A stretch of DNA of 63,929 nucleotides, the filler included, from Hyphochytrium catenoides (Eukaryota > Protista > Hyphochytriomycota): the NCBI GenBank assembly GCA_900088475.1. It is 10 parts of 10 records of this genome, joined end to end, with 100 filler letters (N's around TTAATTAATTAA, not from the genome) between each part and the next. Parts side by side here need not be neighbours in the genome. Positions count along the whole stretch, not along the records: positions 33,572 to 60,953 come from FLMG01001643.1; 9 more parts are not named here. One strand, written 5' to 3'. The translations under genes and the position numbers were made by a program. Under the pieces are notes generated by a model. It did no database searches and was not told where the DNA came from. It saw only the letters and a program-made list of their open reading frames with translations. Shown here one piece after another: positions 36,042 through 48,820 of the stretch. The first letter of the stretch is position 1. Every line of letters begins with the position of its first letter.

Positions 36042-36674
36042 TCACCGCGAGATGCAGAAGATATCACTATCTTTATACAGCGAGCTATCATCGACGGCCG
36101 ATATTCTGATATAATAACCGTCCCCAATGAGCATGCCCCAAGGCACTCGCGAGTAGAGGAACCGTCCGCAGTTGCTGGTGCTCTTGGCCACAATTGTTGT
36201 TGCTCGTGAGCCTTTTCTTAGCAGTTCAATACGCACGTCCTGCACACTGGCATCGTCTAGCTGCCACTCCACTACTGCTGGGGATCCTCGCTGCCACTTG
36301 GTCTGCGCAGACGGCTGAGAGATGATATTCGCTACTGAATATGCATTGGCTCTACCCCCAGGGTTGTTGGCTGTGCCGACAACAAGAGAGCAAGATGCCG
36401 AGTTGTCCATGCTTGCCAGGACTCTGGAGCTGTAAGGGCTATTAGCTTCGTTGTCGCTAATTTTTGAGTTCTTTCCTATAACAGGATTCTGCGCCTTGAC
36501 GCCCTTGCTGCTGCTTCCTAGGGATGCCGCAAGGGAAATCTTGGCGTTGAACGCCTGTGAGTTGGCAGCTGTTGCGTCTAGCTGCTTAATCTGCAAAAAC
36601 TTGGTCTCAATGAGGCACGAGCGCCCTCCTTCACTTGGAACTGACGGGCGATGAGAGATAACCGTGCGAGACAT
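36042..36674 (-). CDS. 210-aa protein with a C-terminal Ig-like domain of Kre9/Knh1 (Ser-Thr-rich GPI family) type
   Basis: IISQPSAQTKWQRGSPAVVEW...VRIELL...NCGRF...VPWGM..GDGYYIRI...DSDIFCI follows the P-x4-W-x2-G...W...N.G...P...Y.I.I...S..F.I pattern. No signal peptide is visible. Confidence 0.7.
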   Translation of the reverse strand: MSRTVISHRPSVPSEGGRSCLIETKFLQIKQLDATAANSQAFNAKISLAASLGSSSKGVKAQNPVIGKNSKISDNEANSPYSSRVLASMDNSASCSLVVGTANNPGGRANAYSVANIISQPSAQTKWQRGSPAVVEWQLDDASVQDVRIELLRKGSRATTIVAKSTSNCGRFLYSRVPWGMLIGDGYYIRISAVDDSSLYKDSDIFCISR

Positions 36675-38599
36675 GAGCTAACACGCCTGGTAAAGTGCCC
36701 CGATAGCCCTGGAGGAGATAGGCTACAAGGTCTTGATGCAACTCAAAGAGGCTAGGGCAGGCTGAAATACAAAGTGAAACTCTTGGTCTTCGTAGTAGGG
36801 TGGGCTCTTTCCTCCTTCCGCTCCCAATAATGGAAGCATTGAGAGGGATTGCTTAGGAGGAAAACGGAAAGTCAGGGACTGAATGAGATCTCTGTCGGTT
36901 AGTGCAGCTTCGCACGGCTTTGAGAATTGTTCTTTTATAAAGATGCAAGCACGCACTTCTTGGTGCAGTGACTTCCGCTTCAGCAGAAATGGCGTGAAGA
37001 AGGTAATCGGAGAAAGTTTTCCCCCAGAAAGATGGATTATGGACTTGGTTTGCCTTTGGTCTCTCTATCCTTCCCTCCCCTTCTCTCTATCTCCCGCTTT
37101 CTCCTCTTTGTTCTCTCTCCTCCTCTTCAGTAAGAACGCTTCAGGTCGTCAGGGGGTTTTGGCCTTGTTATCTCTGTGAGGCAAGGGGGGAGAATTGTCC
37201 ACAGGAATGGCGCCACTGCCGGCTGAAGGGCTACTGTACTACAAGGGATGCGAGGTGATGCACCTCACTTCCCCTCTCCCTCTCTCTCTCTGTTGTTCTG
37301 GGTTCTGTCTTTCTTTCTCCTTTCTTATTCCTCAGGCGGCCGTAAGTCTGAGAACCCCATCTCATCTGTCCACAGCCTTCTCTCTAACGCCACCCTCCAC
37401 CCTCCATGGCGGGCTGGATACGAAGGGGTGGAACGAGGGAGAGGGTGGACGCATTAGACAGTCATTTCTAGTAGTTTTTGTCACTGGATGAGGCTTCTTG
37501 TTTGCTTGTGGAGGTCCTAAGATCGGTGCTTCAGAGTTGAGCTGTCATACCTCTGGCATCAGGATGTCCCTTGCTTTGTCTCTCTTCACATTGGACGACA
37601 ACAAGAGGGAAGTTTAGAGGAAACAAGAAAGAGTGGATGGAAACCGCGAGAGAGTAATAGAGAAACACAGCTGTGGCGAGTAGAGAGAGAGACAAGGAAT
37701 GACCCAAGAGAGAAGTAGAAAGGAGGCTAATGGCGAAGGAGACCTACACTGCTAGACAGACGGACATCCAAAGACAGGAAACCAAGGAGCATGGAGAGAA
37801 GACAACCTCCCCACAAACACAAACCCTTACCCCTCCTTGTCCCTGTGTTTGGCATATAAATGATAGCATATTAGACTGCTTGGGTTTGTGGGCACTTTTG
37901 GGTTTGTCAAGTACGGAGTAGGATTCAGCACTCGCGCCACTCTGTCAACACCTCAAAAACCACCGTTCCTAACCGCCTTAGGCTCCAAACCTTCCTTTAA
38001 TTCTATTATTGTTGTAAAGAAATAATATTGTCTCACAGATGAAGGTTCATTTTATTTAAAAGGGTCTCTAGAAATGGCTTCATCAGTGGCTCTCTGTCTC
38101 ACCCTTCGATCGATACGGTAGAAAGACAGATACTCGCGTACCTCATCTTTGGTGTAGATTCCTGCCCACCCATCCCCACCCTTCGTCCCCTCCCACCTCC
38201 TGTCGTCCCCTTTCACAAAGGCAGCCCTTCTGGCGTCAGTGGGGCAACCTTCTTTCTTTAACCTCATGAACGTGGGGCTACTATCAAGATTGTAGCATTT
38301 AGTAACTACCTTTGCCATGTAGGGGTAGGGGTGACGTCTTGGCAGTTAATGCTCTGTGATTGATCGATGCTGTAGCAGCTGATAGGAGCAGAGAGCTTCA
38401 ACACCATAATCCATAATCCGTCCAGTTCCGATCCCGAACCGCCAATCTCCAGATCACTCCACCAATGACCCTCACACATAACGTATTCTGGATGACGCTA
38501 CCTTTGGACACCATGCCTGGTCCGCACTGGTGCAAGGCACGGCTTCCGTTCTCAAGGCCGAAACATTCACAGGCCCATCGCCATTGTCGCACCGCCAGG

Positions 38600-39750
38600 A
38601 AGATCTCTCAGTAACTTTATGGGCAAAGAAGTCAGAAAGGGTGGTCTCCATTGATGGACAGACACACAGGCCTGGGCCTGGGCCTTGATTGAGCGGCAGC
38701 GGCGGCACACAGAGGGCCGGTGGAGTTCTGGGGCCGCTGCATCAGTCAAGTTGCTGTCCAGTAAAAGCTGCTGTCCTTAGGAAGTTGAAGGGCAAAGAAA
38801 GTCCAAAAGAAATGCAAGGCGTCATATCTAGAGAAGACTTCATGATGATAAAAGCTTACTAGCAATATAGTCAGCAGCGGCGTGGTATCATCGCCCCTTC
38901 CTTGCTCGAAAAGAAGCGAATGCGTTCGGTTGGCCGTCGTACTGCAGGTGCACAGTATCCTAAGCTCTCCTTTCTAGAAGACTGACATCATCTAAGGCAG
39001 CGGCTTCTGCTGGGGAGCTTCTGCCCGCCATGGGTGACTGCGAAGAGAGGCAGCGGCGCTTCTATATGTGCTGTTCAGTTCCAAGTTCTTTGTTCTTCCA
39101 TTGTGTATGACAGAATGCAAAGAATATAGAAGTTGAGGTCTCAGCAACGAGGCGGACTCGCCTTACCTTCACTCAGCCGTGATAACCTCATACTCAACTC
39201 CATGAGAGGCATAGAGAACAGCAGCTGTCACTGAATAATGTGCCTCTTGAACCTACATTGTGAGATGCTTGAACACAGCTTCTTTGTATCTTCCTCCTAC
39301 GACTACCTGTACAGATCAAGCCGTAGTGATCAGCTCCCTGCCACCCAAACCTAAGGATTCGCATTCCAAGATACTCTCAGCACTCAGTGAGGAGAAATGC
39401 TTAGCCAAGTAGCCTGTACTTGGGCTTTTCAAGTTCTACAATGTTAAGTTTTCTCTCGCTCGGTCGTCATTGTGCCATAGCCGCGGTTACGTCAAAGATA
39501 TTAGGAAGCGAGGGCGTTGAAGCAGCGTACTGCTAGCACTGCGTAACAACCCTGCCCCCGCAGGTACTGATCAGCGATAAGGCATCCACAAAGCTTTTTC
39601 TGCCCCCGAAGTGCTTCATCTATGATAGAACATTTATCAAACCTGTCGTGCCATTCTGAAACCCACTACCCTTGTACTGTTCTCTGCGGTACCACTCTTT
39701 CCTCGTGCCAACTGTGATGCGGGGCGGCGGGCAGGTCTAGCATGATTGTG
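38600..39750 (-). pseudogene. Possible heavily decayed DDE transposase
   Basis: HDRFDKCSI (39627-39650) is followed downstream by FYW..QLD*CSG..QN (38733-38753), resembling the LQLDNCxGxNKN catalytic motif. Many stops and frameshifts. Confidence 0.28.
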
Positions 39751-40404
39751 CTCTGGACCACTGATGTGCTGACAATGTGATCACTGAAATCGTTGAAGGT
39801 CTGCCACGGTGTCGGCAGGTGGGCCTTTCATCGCCCTCGTATGACTGTCAGCCGAGCCGAAGCGTTCCTACCTCACTCTAATCTCAACTTTCTCTCCTCT
39901 TCCTTCCTGTCTCTTTTCTCCTTAATAGCTCTCCTCTCTCGCTCAGATCCATTTCCTCCTGATCTCTCTCTCTCTGACCGCTCTCTGCATCAGCGCTTGG
40001 TTCTAACTCTTAACAGCCAAACACTTGTGACTGTTATGCATGCTGAACGGATGGAGAGACCTAACCCTAAGCCAGACTTCCCACTAGTCCCGACCAAGGT
40101 GTAGCATATTGAGCCCGGGCTCTTTACATATGATTAAGTTACCTGGAAGCCCTACGGTTTACTTAGGTTGGAGAGGTACAAGGTTATGGCGTACTGCGCT
40201 GCGCCGTCCCAGCCCAGGCACTGAGTCGAAGGCCCAACTAGGAGGCAACAGAGCGAACGTGGGCAGCGTGTTTCCATGCAAAGTGAGCGTCAGCGAGCAG
40301 CTTAGAAGAAGGCCAAGGAAGAATAGCCCCTTAGACCTTAAGATTGAAGCAGACTAGATGTGAATGATGGAGGATTATAGCGTCTCCCTGATCCATTGTT
40401 TTGC

Positions 40405-43400
40405 CTAAGTCCCTCGCCCTTCAATGCTCATCTTTATAGATCTAGACTCTTTCTTCTTCGATAACTTGCGTTGATCCTGCAGACCAACGACATGAAAGAA
40501 GAGACACGAGGATTGAGAAACAGCCCATACCGCCAGCCAATGAATAGTTGGACACGAGAGAAGGGGAAAGACAGTGGGAGAGAGAAAGAAACATAGAAAG
40601 GGAGAGAGAGAACATTGAGAGAGTCTATCGACAATTTAGCCAGAGAGGGAGATCAACACCGACGAACCTGCATCTTCTTGAGAAGTTTCCCTTTCTTGGA
40701 CTCTGGATCTACCTTCTTCGTCTTCAGGTGGTCTAAACTTGGGTTCTCAGGTCGAGAAATGAAGTCCAACGGACGAGCCTGAGGAACTCGAGCACGGATG
40801 GACGATTCTCCTTTCTGCGTATATACGATAAGAACGATAGCAAGAGCAAAGAGGCAAGTCCAAGGAGCAGTAGCGCGAAGGGTTGGCGTTGACAAGCCGA
40901 CAGATAGATACCGCGAGAAAAATAGAGAAGATTTAGTCAAAACCCATGAAGAGCACATCGTTAACTTTGCTATAGGCATACAGCTAGGGACTGGAAGCCG
41001 GCTGATGTCGTCCAAAAAGAGAGTCAAGAGTAGAATGAGGGTATATCATATAGACAGACCATAGATTGAGGAGCACAAGCAATCTGATCCTACAGCCTCC
41101 CACTCTCACCTTGTTGTCCTGAGGCCTCCCAAACAGTGGGTCGCTTCTTGTCTCTGCTCCTTCTCTAGGCGAGGCGGAGGGCCTCCTCTGCATTGCTCTA
41201 AGGCGGGCTAATCTCTCCTGATTCATCTCTCCTGACTTGCTATAGTCTGCAGACTTGTCGAAGACCGTCCGGCTCCACTTTTCTATTAATCGTTGGCAGA
41301 GCGCTTTGTTCTCACTTGTCTGAGGATTATATTTGGGCAAAAAATAGAGAGCGGAGTTGAGATCTTAGCCTTCTCTGTATACACAGCCTAGAGACCCTTG
41401 TTAAGTGCCTCTCCATGAGCTTCCTTCTTCTCCTACTTCCACATTGTCAGCCCTCTATTACGGCTGTTGGAACTGCGCATTGCCTTGTTACTTTTTCTGC
41501 TTAGGAGGACTCCGACGTACCTCCTGCGGGTGTTTCCAGAGTGCCATGACTACCTTGCCCATCCCACTCCTCTTGAGATGTTCCTTGTCAACTGAGCAAA
41601 CATGAGGACAGACGAAGTGTCAACCACTCGACTGACTTTGGTACCGAGGAGTATGATATATGAAAAGATCTAACAAGCGGGCGCCTCGCCCCAAGACAAG
41701 ACACGAGAGTGTGACAGAGGATAGCATTAGAATGTATCCTAAAGGGCCATCAAGAGTAACAAAGAGCCATGGGCGTTCTCCTACTTGGTAGCTTGCCCAT
41801 GCTCTCAAGGATTGCCGTGCGGACGCTAAGGTTCGGGAGAGTTCCATCCTCCATCGGCTGAATCCACAGCTTCAACACCTAAACCGGCCGGTTAAAAAGG
41901 GCAGCGTGGAAACAGGAGGTACGCGAGAAGACTAGTGAAAGGAGCTATTAGATAGCCGAGCTGGACAGAGGCAGATCATTGAAGACGGAGCTGAAAATTA
42001 AGAAGGTTTCTTACCCCAAGCAAGTCGTAATCCAGAAACATTTGCTGCAATTCTTTCTTTGAGAGATAGTGCTTCACGCGATCCAGCAGCTTTATCTATG
42101 AACATCGATGATGTGAGGGAATAAGAGGCCGCAAGAGGGGAGTCTCCACTTAGCTCAAGGGCATTTGACAAAAAGGCATTCACATCTTGGAAGTAAAGAA
42201 GGTAAAGCTAAGAGAGAACGCAGAGAGAGAGAGTCACACAGAGGACAAGAGACGTACGAAGGGAGACAAAGAGGAGGAGAGAGAGAGTTAGGAATGACAG
42301 GAATAGCATCGAGCAGCAAAGGAATAACTGTCTTCGGTGGACTTCTAGTAGAGAGCTTTACCTTATGGATAGCTGCCTTCCCCTGCTTCAGTGCTTCTAT
42401 GTCTGCCTGAGCTGTCCTCTGGATAAGGTGGAGGAAATCCTGAGGCGTTGATGTGAGGCTTGCTTCTGCTCTTCTCTTTTTCCTCTAATCCTAGTCTTAA
42501 AAGTGTGCCCTTGCTAATACTCAGGCTCTTCCTCGTCCATGGATGTCTTTCTTCAACTTTAATACTAGACAACATGTAGAGCTGCACCTGCTCCTTACCT
42601 GCGCAATCTGGTCCTGGACATCAGCGCTGAGTCTCTCCGTCAGCTTTCCTCTACTCCTCTTAGGCTTCAGAGCCGCGACAGCTCTATCAAAAGGGTTGGA
42701 CATGTCCAGACCGCCCTTCTTCCCTTTCCTCTCTGCGTCCTCTTCGTCATCCGAGTACTCGTCAGGCCGCTCGTCATTGAAGACCTTATGGCCCTCATGT
42801 CAGCAAAATGTTTGTCTTTATCCCCCCTCCTTTCTCTCCCTCACCTGTTCCTTATTGAACTCCTCATCCAGACCTAACTCCTTGAGGTTCTCGTGAGTAG
42901 TAGTTAAGGAGCCTGAGTCTTGAACGGTAGCACTTCTAAAGAAGGCAGCATGGAAAGAACACGAGGAAAATTGGCTATGGAGAAGGATATGTCATCTTTG
43001 TCAATAAAGTCGTCATCGTCCTTTGTCCGCTTCACCTCATCCCCAGAGTCATATTCGTCGCCTGAGCCCTTGGCCCCTGCCAAACAACATGTATACATAA
43101 ATATAGAGTAAAGCAACGCTAGCAGCTTTGCTCGCATGAGAGATAGAGATGGGGACAAGCTTCTATAGCTGAGTGAGCTATAGAATATAGTACGGATGGC
43201 ATCTAGAGCACGACACGATTCAGCTTCACAAGAGGCACCCTTGAGGGGCAGAAAGAAGTCTAACTCCAAGCTGACAACAAGAAACGGGTGCGACTTACAG
43301 AGGTGAGAGACGTACGCCCCTTCATGAATCTCTCACCTTTAGCCTTCTTGTTCGCTCCTTCACTGTCACTGCCATCGCTAGCCGCTCTCGCCCTCTTCTT

Positions 43401-44057
43401 CCGTGACGTTGTGGTGCCTTTCTTCTTTCGTTCTTTTTTCTTCTTAGGCTCTGCCTTCTTCTTGGAGGAGGATCATCCAAAGGCGTTAGCCGCCCGGGTG
43501 GGGACAGAGCTTGTGAACCTAGTGAAGGGCTGTGCCTACCTTTCTTCCCTTTCCCTTTTGAAGCCTACGGCGTGCGGCACTCTCCACCTCATCTTCACTA
43601 CTAGAGTCAAGGCCCAGATCGTCGTCATCTGCTCCACCGACTTGACCAAAGCCTTTCACTTCTCGGCAAAGGATTCGAGTGCAGCGCATCATGCCGTGCA
43701 GAGAAGAGAGGGCAATGAAGGTTAGCGGCGGAACGTAGTCCAACTACCACCTCAAACGGTAGGCCAAGAACCGTACAAGTAGCTCACCTTGCGGACCCTC
43801 GTCATCGTCGTCTGATTCATCACTGTTGGCGTCGAAAATCTCCTTCAGAGTCCTCTGCTTCTCTGATAGAGCAGCATTATTTCCCTGGTAGCATTATCGA
43901 CCAAGGAACCACTACCAGATGGGTCTCTCAAGGTGTAAGAACCCCTCCTCGTACTTCCACATACGTTCCCTGCTTCTCTAAAGCTGCCTAGTCTCAACTG
44001 TTGCTATGCTTCAATGGCTCTTCATCGTCCTACAGTCTTACCGTCATCCTCAGCCAT
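40405..44057 (-). CDS. IWS1: Transcription elongation factor IWS1/Spn1
   Basis: Acidic/basic N-terminus, then AAIHK / IKLLDRV...FLDYDLLG / VLKLWIQPMEDGTLPNLSVRTAIL / VDKEHLKRSGMGKVVMALWKHPQE / ...LIEKWSRTVF / RARVP..RPLDF..RP / KMSIEGRGT-stop. The start (MAEDD, 44057) is inferred from splice phase. Confidence 0.93.
42893..42990 (-). other. U12-type (minor spliceosome) AT-AC intron, 98 nt
   Basis: 5' end ATATCCTTC; branch site TCCTTAAC at 42910-42903; 3' end CAC. Removal joins FIDKDD to ENLKELGLDEEFNKEQ in frame. Confidence 0.92.
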
Positions 44058-44834
44058 TATCTCCTCGCAATGTGGCAGGCTTCGCCCGCGGAAGGGTACA
44101 GTCACGAATCCTTGCCTGCCGCCAACCGGGTACAAGGTGAGCTGGCAAAGGCCCTGGCGTTACAAACTGCTTGCGAATGTAGAGGTAACAGAGGCGGAGC
44201 GTCGCAGAGAGAGGAGAACCGAGAGAAATGGCGCTAGTGCAGCTTTGCACAGATGCTGATGAGATCTCCGATGTGGGCTCAGCCTCTTCTTCTGCCGCCA
44301 ATGCCAACGCCACAGTGGAGACACGCTGCAGAAGCGCTAGTGGGGGAGTTATGAGCTCCTAGATCAAAGAAGAATCAAAGTGTCACATATCAATAGTACT
44401 AGTTTCCCATGGCCATGGTTCTCAAGATAATTCTAAAGAAGCTCTGTATTGAGCCAGCTGCCCATCAAAAAACGGCCAGACCAACTTCTCTTGAAACGAG
44501 CGTTAGCGGCTATCTTCTGTGGGGAAGCGCTTGGCTGGATATCCGTTTTGCCGTTGGCGGCTCATTCACTGTTCCTCAGTTGCTCTCGCAGGTCATCAGA
44601 GCAGCAGAAAGCTGATGATGCTGACTTTATCTTCATCAGGACTGCTCGTGGCTTGACGTCTCATGTCCCCGCTCTGGCGCATCTGAAGCCCACGCTGCCG
44701 AGCCTACTGGCCCCTGAGAGCGTCTTAGAATCTACCAGCTATCTTATTAGCTACTGCTTGGCGATCAGCGTCCTGTATAAGCTTCTGAGCTCAAAGCGAG
44801 GCAGAGAGGAACAGAGCTTAAGTTGGTGGGCAGG

Positions 44835-45386
44835 ATGGCCTCTAACACTGATGCAGAGACAGCACCGTCACGAGCAGACGAGACGACAGAAGCAAACATC
44901 GCTCATTACCGCAAACATATAGAGAATAGGCTGAATTGTACCTATCGCTTTGATGAGCTTTATTATTGTGCGAGTAAGTTGAACATAATCACACATCTCT
45001 CGTTTCTCTGCGTTGCTGTTTGGCTTCATCTTGGTTTCATGACTCACCAATTCTATGGATTAACCTCTTTCCCCCCTTACTCCTGCCATGGGAACACATA
45101 TATGTGTCAGCCCCCGTAAATCAGTTTTTGCAGCTTTACCGGCATGGCAAGTTTGATGATTGCTCTACTGTCTTTCATAACTTCCGTCTATGCATGATGG
45201 CCAAGCTGAAGTCGACTGAGGAGGAGAAGAGGGTAAGTTCTAAAGATTTTTGAAATGCAATTTTGCCTCTAAACGCCATCACTTATCCTTATCCAGCTCT
45301 ATCTGAAGAATACACCTCTAGATGTGGAAAAAGAGATATCGTCATCGCCGATATGGCAGTTCAAAGCCACGCCTTCCTGGGACTAG
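44835..45386 (+). CDS. EMI1/C22orf39-like small Cys-motif protein
   Basis: Exons 44835-44973, 45111-45232 and 45297-45386 give CTYRFDELYYCATPVNQFLQLYRHGKFDDCSTVFHNFRLCM...IWQFK, with paired Cx9C/Cx9C spacing and YRxG. Confidence 0.75.
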
Positions 45387-45581
45387 AGCACTTTATTCTT
45401 CGTTGACGAACAGCACTTTTGACTGTAATACTGACAAAAGGATGGAGGCCGTTCCTGATGTGAAAGACAGGGATTCCCGAGAACTTACAAGGGCGCAAGG
45501 GCACTAGTCCTTGCTGTCTCTTCTGCCTCCCTGTCCTTCTGTTCATGTCAGAGTGCTCGTTTTGAGCTCGGCAACCAGAGT

Positions 45582-46869
45582 CTACCCTCGATACCAAGGG
45601 TTTTTCAGCTTGTAGGCACTCTCGTAGAAGTAGTAGAACATGACAAATGCAGCTATGGCACCCAAGGCAGCATTAGTCCTGACAGTGCTATCCTTGATGG
45701 TAGGGCAGTATAGCACTAAAGTAATGACGGCAGAAGCAGCCAACACGTTCAGCGCACCAACGTAAAGTCCCTCAAACACAAATTGTGATCTGCTTTGAGG
45801 GTGGAAGATTGATATTCTCTTGGAAGCGTAGTCCTGTGGACCAAAGAAAGGGTACATAGAGGACCGCTTAGACATATACAGTCGCATACTCTTGCTGAGA
45901 GCTCTTCAATGACTATTAAGAGTTCTCCGCTTTTCGAAGGAGGCAAAGGTTGAAAAACACGCTTTTGCAGGGACAGACATCGGAGCTTATTAACGGTCAA
46001 AGTAGCTGGCAAACGACCCAACTCAAGGTCAGGGTAACACTGAAGGATTGTCTAAAGCACGTGCGAAGGGACAGTGAGTAGGTGAAAGCTCAGAGAGTCA
46101 TTTGTACCTGGTGGAACATGGGCGGGTTGCGAATAATGCAGTAGACCATTCCGGAGATAGACATCCAGTAAAGAAAAAAGCTAGCGGCCACCCAGACTAC
46201 TTTCGTCCGAGCAAGTCCCAAGAAGAAGTCGAAGTTGCTGATGACAGCATAGCCTAAACCACCCAGGCTAACAAGGACAAGCACTATGAGGCCAATTTTT
46301 GCCAAAGGAGACCGATAGATAGGAACGGTAACCCCTGCCTTGTCCATTACAAAGTCTGCGAGATAGTCCGCATCAGTACCTCGGCGGTAGAGATCAAACT
46401 TATCCTCTTCGAAGAGCTCCACCTTCTCTAGTGCTCTTTGATCATCACTACCGTCATTGGTAGGCTTGACGTAATAGAGGAGAGGGGCCATTGTCAGGCC
46501 ATACTTCTTGAAGGCTCGCTGGTTAAACTTGTATTGGGCCCTCAGAAAGAAAATTGGTTTCTCAGAGCTCTCAGACGTTTGGGTCAACCGATAGGAATAA
46601 GCCAGGCGATCAAACTCCGGCTCCGCCTCGCTGCACTTGGGGCAGACTGCTTTATCGTGGGTGAATAACACGAATAAATGATAAGGCCTAGGGGCACCAA
46701 AGACAAGGGTTTCGTAGCGGTCGTCCGAGATGTTGATCACATCCCCTTGCCTAGTTTGGAGCTTTTTGAGCTCCTCGAGCCGTTTGTCTCCTGTTTTGCC
46801 AGAGGCAAAGATCGTGTTGGACGTGGCAAGCACCACAAAGAGCCATACACAGAGACGGCGCAGCCCCAT
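45582..46869 (-). CDS. OST3: Oligosaccharyltransferase subunit OST3/OST6 (MAGT1/TUSC3 family)
   Basis: Signal peptide, thioredoxin-like domain (PRPYHLFVLFT...CPKC), TM helices, SISGMVYCIIRNPP, then an exon with SQFVFEG and K..WY at the end. Confidence 0.92.
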
Positions 46870-48820
46870 CTTATTGAGGTTTCTGAGGCAGGACGAGGAT
46901 CAATGATTAGGGTTGCTGCCAAGTTACCTCGCGTTAACAGGTTAGTCCCTCCAAGGATCCGCCTCTGCTCAGCTGTTGGACTTGAGCTCGCTCATTGGAA
47001 TGCTGTTCATGAAAGAAGATTGAGAGAGAGATTGAGATCCGCAGACTGATCTTCTACGAAGTACAAGCAGCAAGCGAAGATTCAGGGTCCGGTAACGCTT
47101 ACTTTTGCCATCTCCGAGGGGACGCGTGAGATGCCAATCTTTCAGAAAGGTTTCAGACAGAAACCTACGAAAGAAACGCGCCCTCGCCAAGGCAGTCATA
47201 ATACTGCTTGTGGGGTTGTGGCCTGTCAACAGAGACAATTGAAAGGGCATCATTCCTGAAGGGCAAGGGCTTTTGGACAATAATCTTGTAAACGGTCTTT
47301 GAGGACTGTGAGATCGTAAATTTACGGATTAGCCTCAAGAATTAGTAGTTGGCTGTGGACTGATCTGTGGTCAAAATTGGAGGAGGGAGATAATATTATA
47401 CGGTTTCCAGATTGTGCAAAGTCGGTGCTTTTGAAATATTGGAATGTCAGTCCTATGACCAGCCCTTTCCGTTTTTGATCTTTTTTTTACTTGCGCAATA
47501 TGGTCGGGCTTGTTCTACAATATTCGCATTCTCCTTCCATGAATATATCCTGGAAAATTAGTAGCTTGTTGAATCTTCAAGCAGCTGAGCCTAATAAAGG
47601 TTGTGGGCATAGCGGCACTATGCTATGTGTAATAAAGGATTAAGAAAGATATGTGCCCTTTTATCGTCGCATTAGTGCAGGAAAGGGCATCTAACCTTCC
47701 CTCTCACACATGAAGTACGTGCGCTACCAGACGATAGACGGGACCTCGTGGGAGAGACAGAGTTGGTCTGAGAGAGACAGAGCAGAGATATATATATTGC
47801 CTTTGAAAGAAACAACAGTAAGGAAGAGACAGAGCGGAGTGATAGAGGAAATAGGAGCGAGATAAGCAGGCGTCATAATAAAGAGTGAGTGCGGCGAGGT
47901 CGGACACGGCGTCAGTGGTCATCAGCCTGCTTCCTTTCGTCCCTCTCTCTCTNNNNNNNNNNNNNNNNNNNNNNNNNNNNNNNNNNNNNNNNNNNNNNNN
48001 NNNNNNNNNNNNNNNNNNNNNNNNNNNNNNNNNNNNNNNTCTCTTTCGCTCTTTCTCCTTTCGCACTGGGCCATTGGCCGCTCTGTCACGGGTCTCTCGT
48101 CCAGGTGCTCCCTCCTCCCTCCCGCAATCCCTTCCTGCACCTCCATCCTGGCGCCATCTCTTGCTCTTCTACTTTCCTCTTGCAGAGAGTGTGAGGGAGA
48201 GAGAACGAACGAGCGAGAGGACAGAAGAGAGAGAGAGAGACGGAGGGGGAGAGAGAGAGGAACGGACAGAGAGAGTAAGGATGATACAAGAGGGGTTATG
48301 GGAGAGAACAGGCAAGAGAAAGCACGCCAAGGATTGTCAAATCTGCAGCACCGCTCCGGCTTTGATAGATACTCCTGCACATTCTCCACCGGGCGGACAG
48401 TTCTTTTGTTTGCTGCTTCGTCCTTTGTATCTATAAACTTCCAACCTCTGTCGGTCGTCCGCCCTCTCACCACTTGGTTTGAAGCCTAGCTTCTCTGTTC
48501 GATGAGGCCGGCCAGGTTAGGTCTTAAGGCTGTTATTGGGGCACTCGCCCAACCATTGACCGACAGAGTCACGCTTGGTTCCAAACGAGGCTAGCTGCAG
48601 ACAACAAAATCGCCGCAGGGTCATAGACGTGAGCTGGCGCCGCGCATCTATCTGATTCTCCTGCTGTGCTGCTGTCCTCAGTTGGTGATAATAGCCGTCT
48701 CATCTCAGAGGAGGAAAGTACAACTTACCTCGCGGTACATAATAAAACAAGACCCCATAAACGAAAGAGGTCTTTTTAACTGCCACTGTCAAGCTTTTCT
48801 CTGCAGCAGTGACAGGCAAG

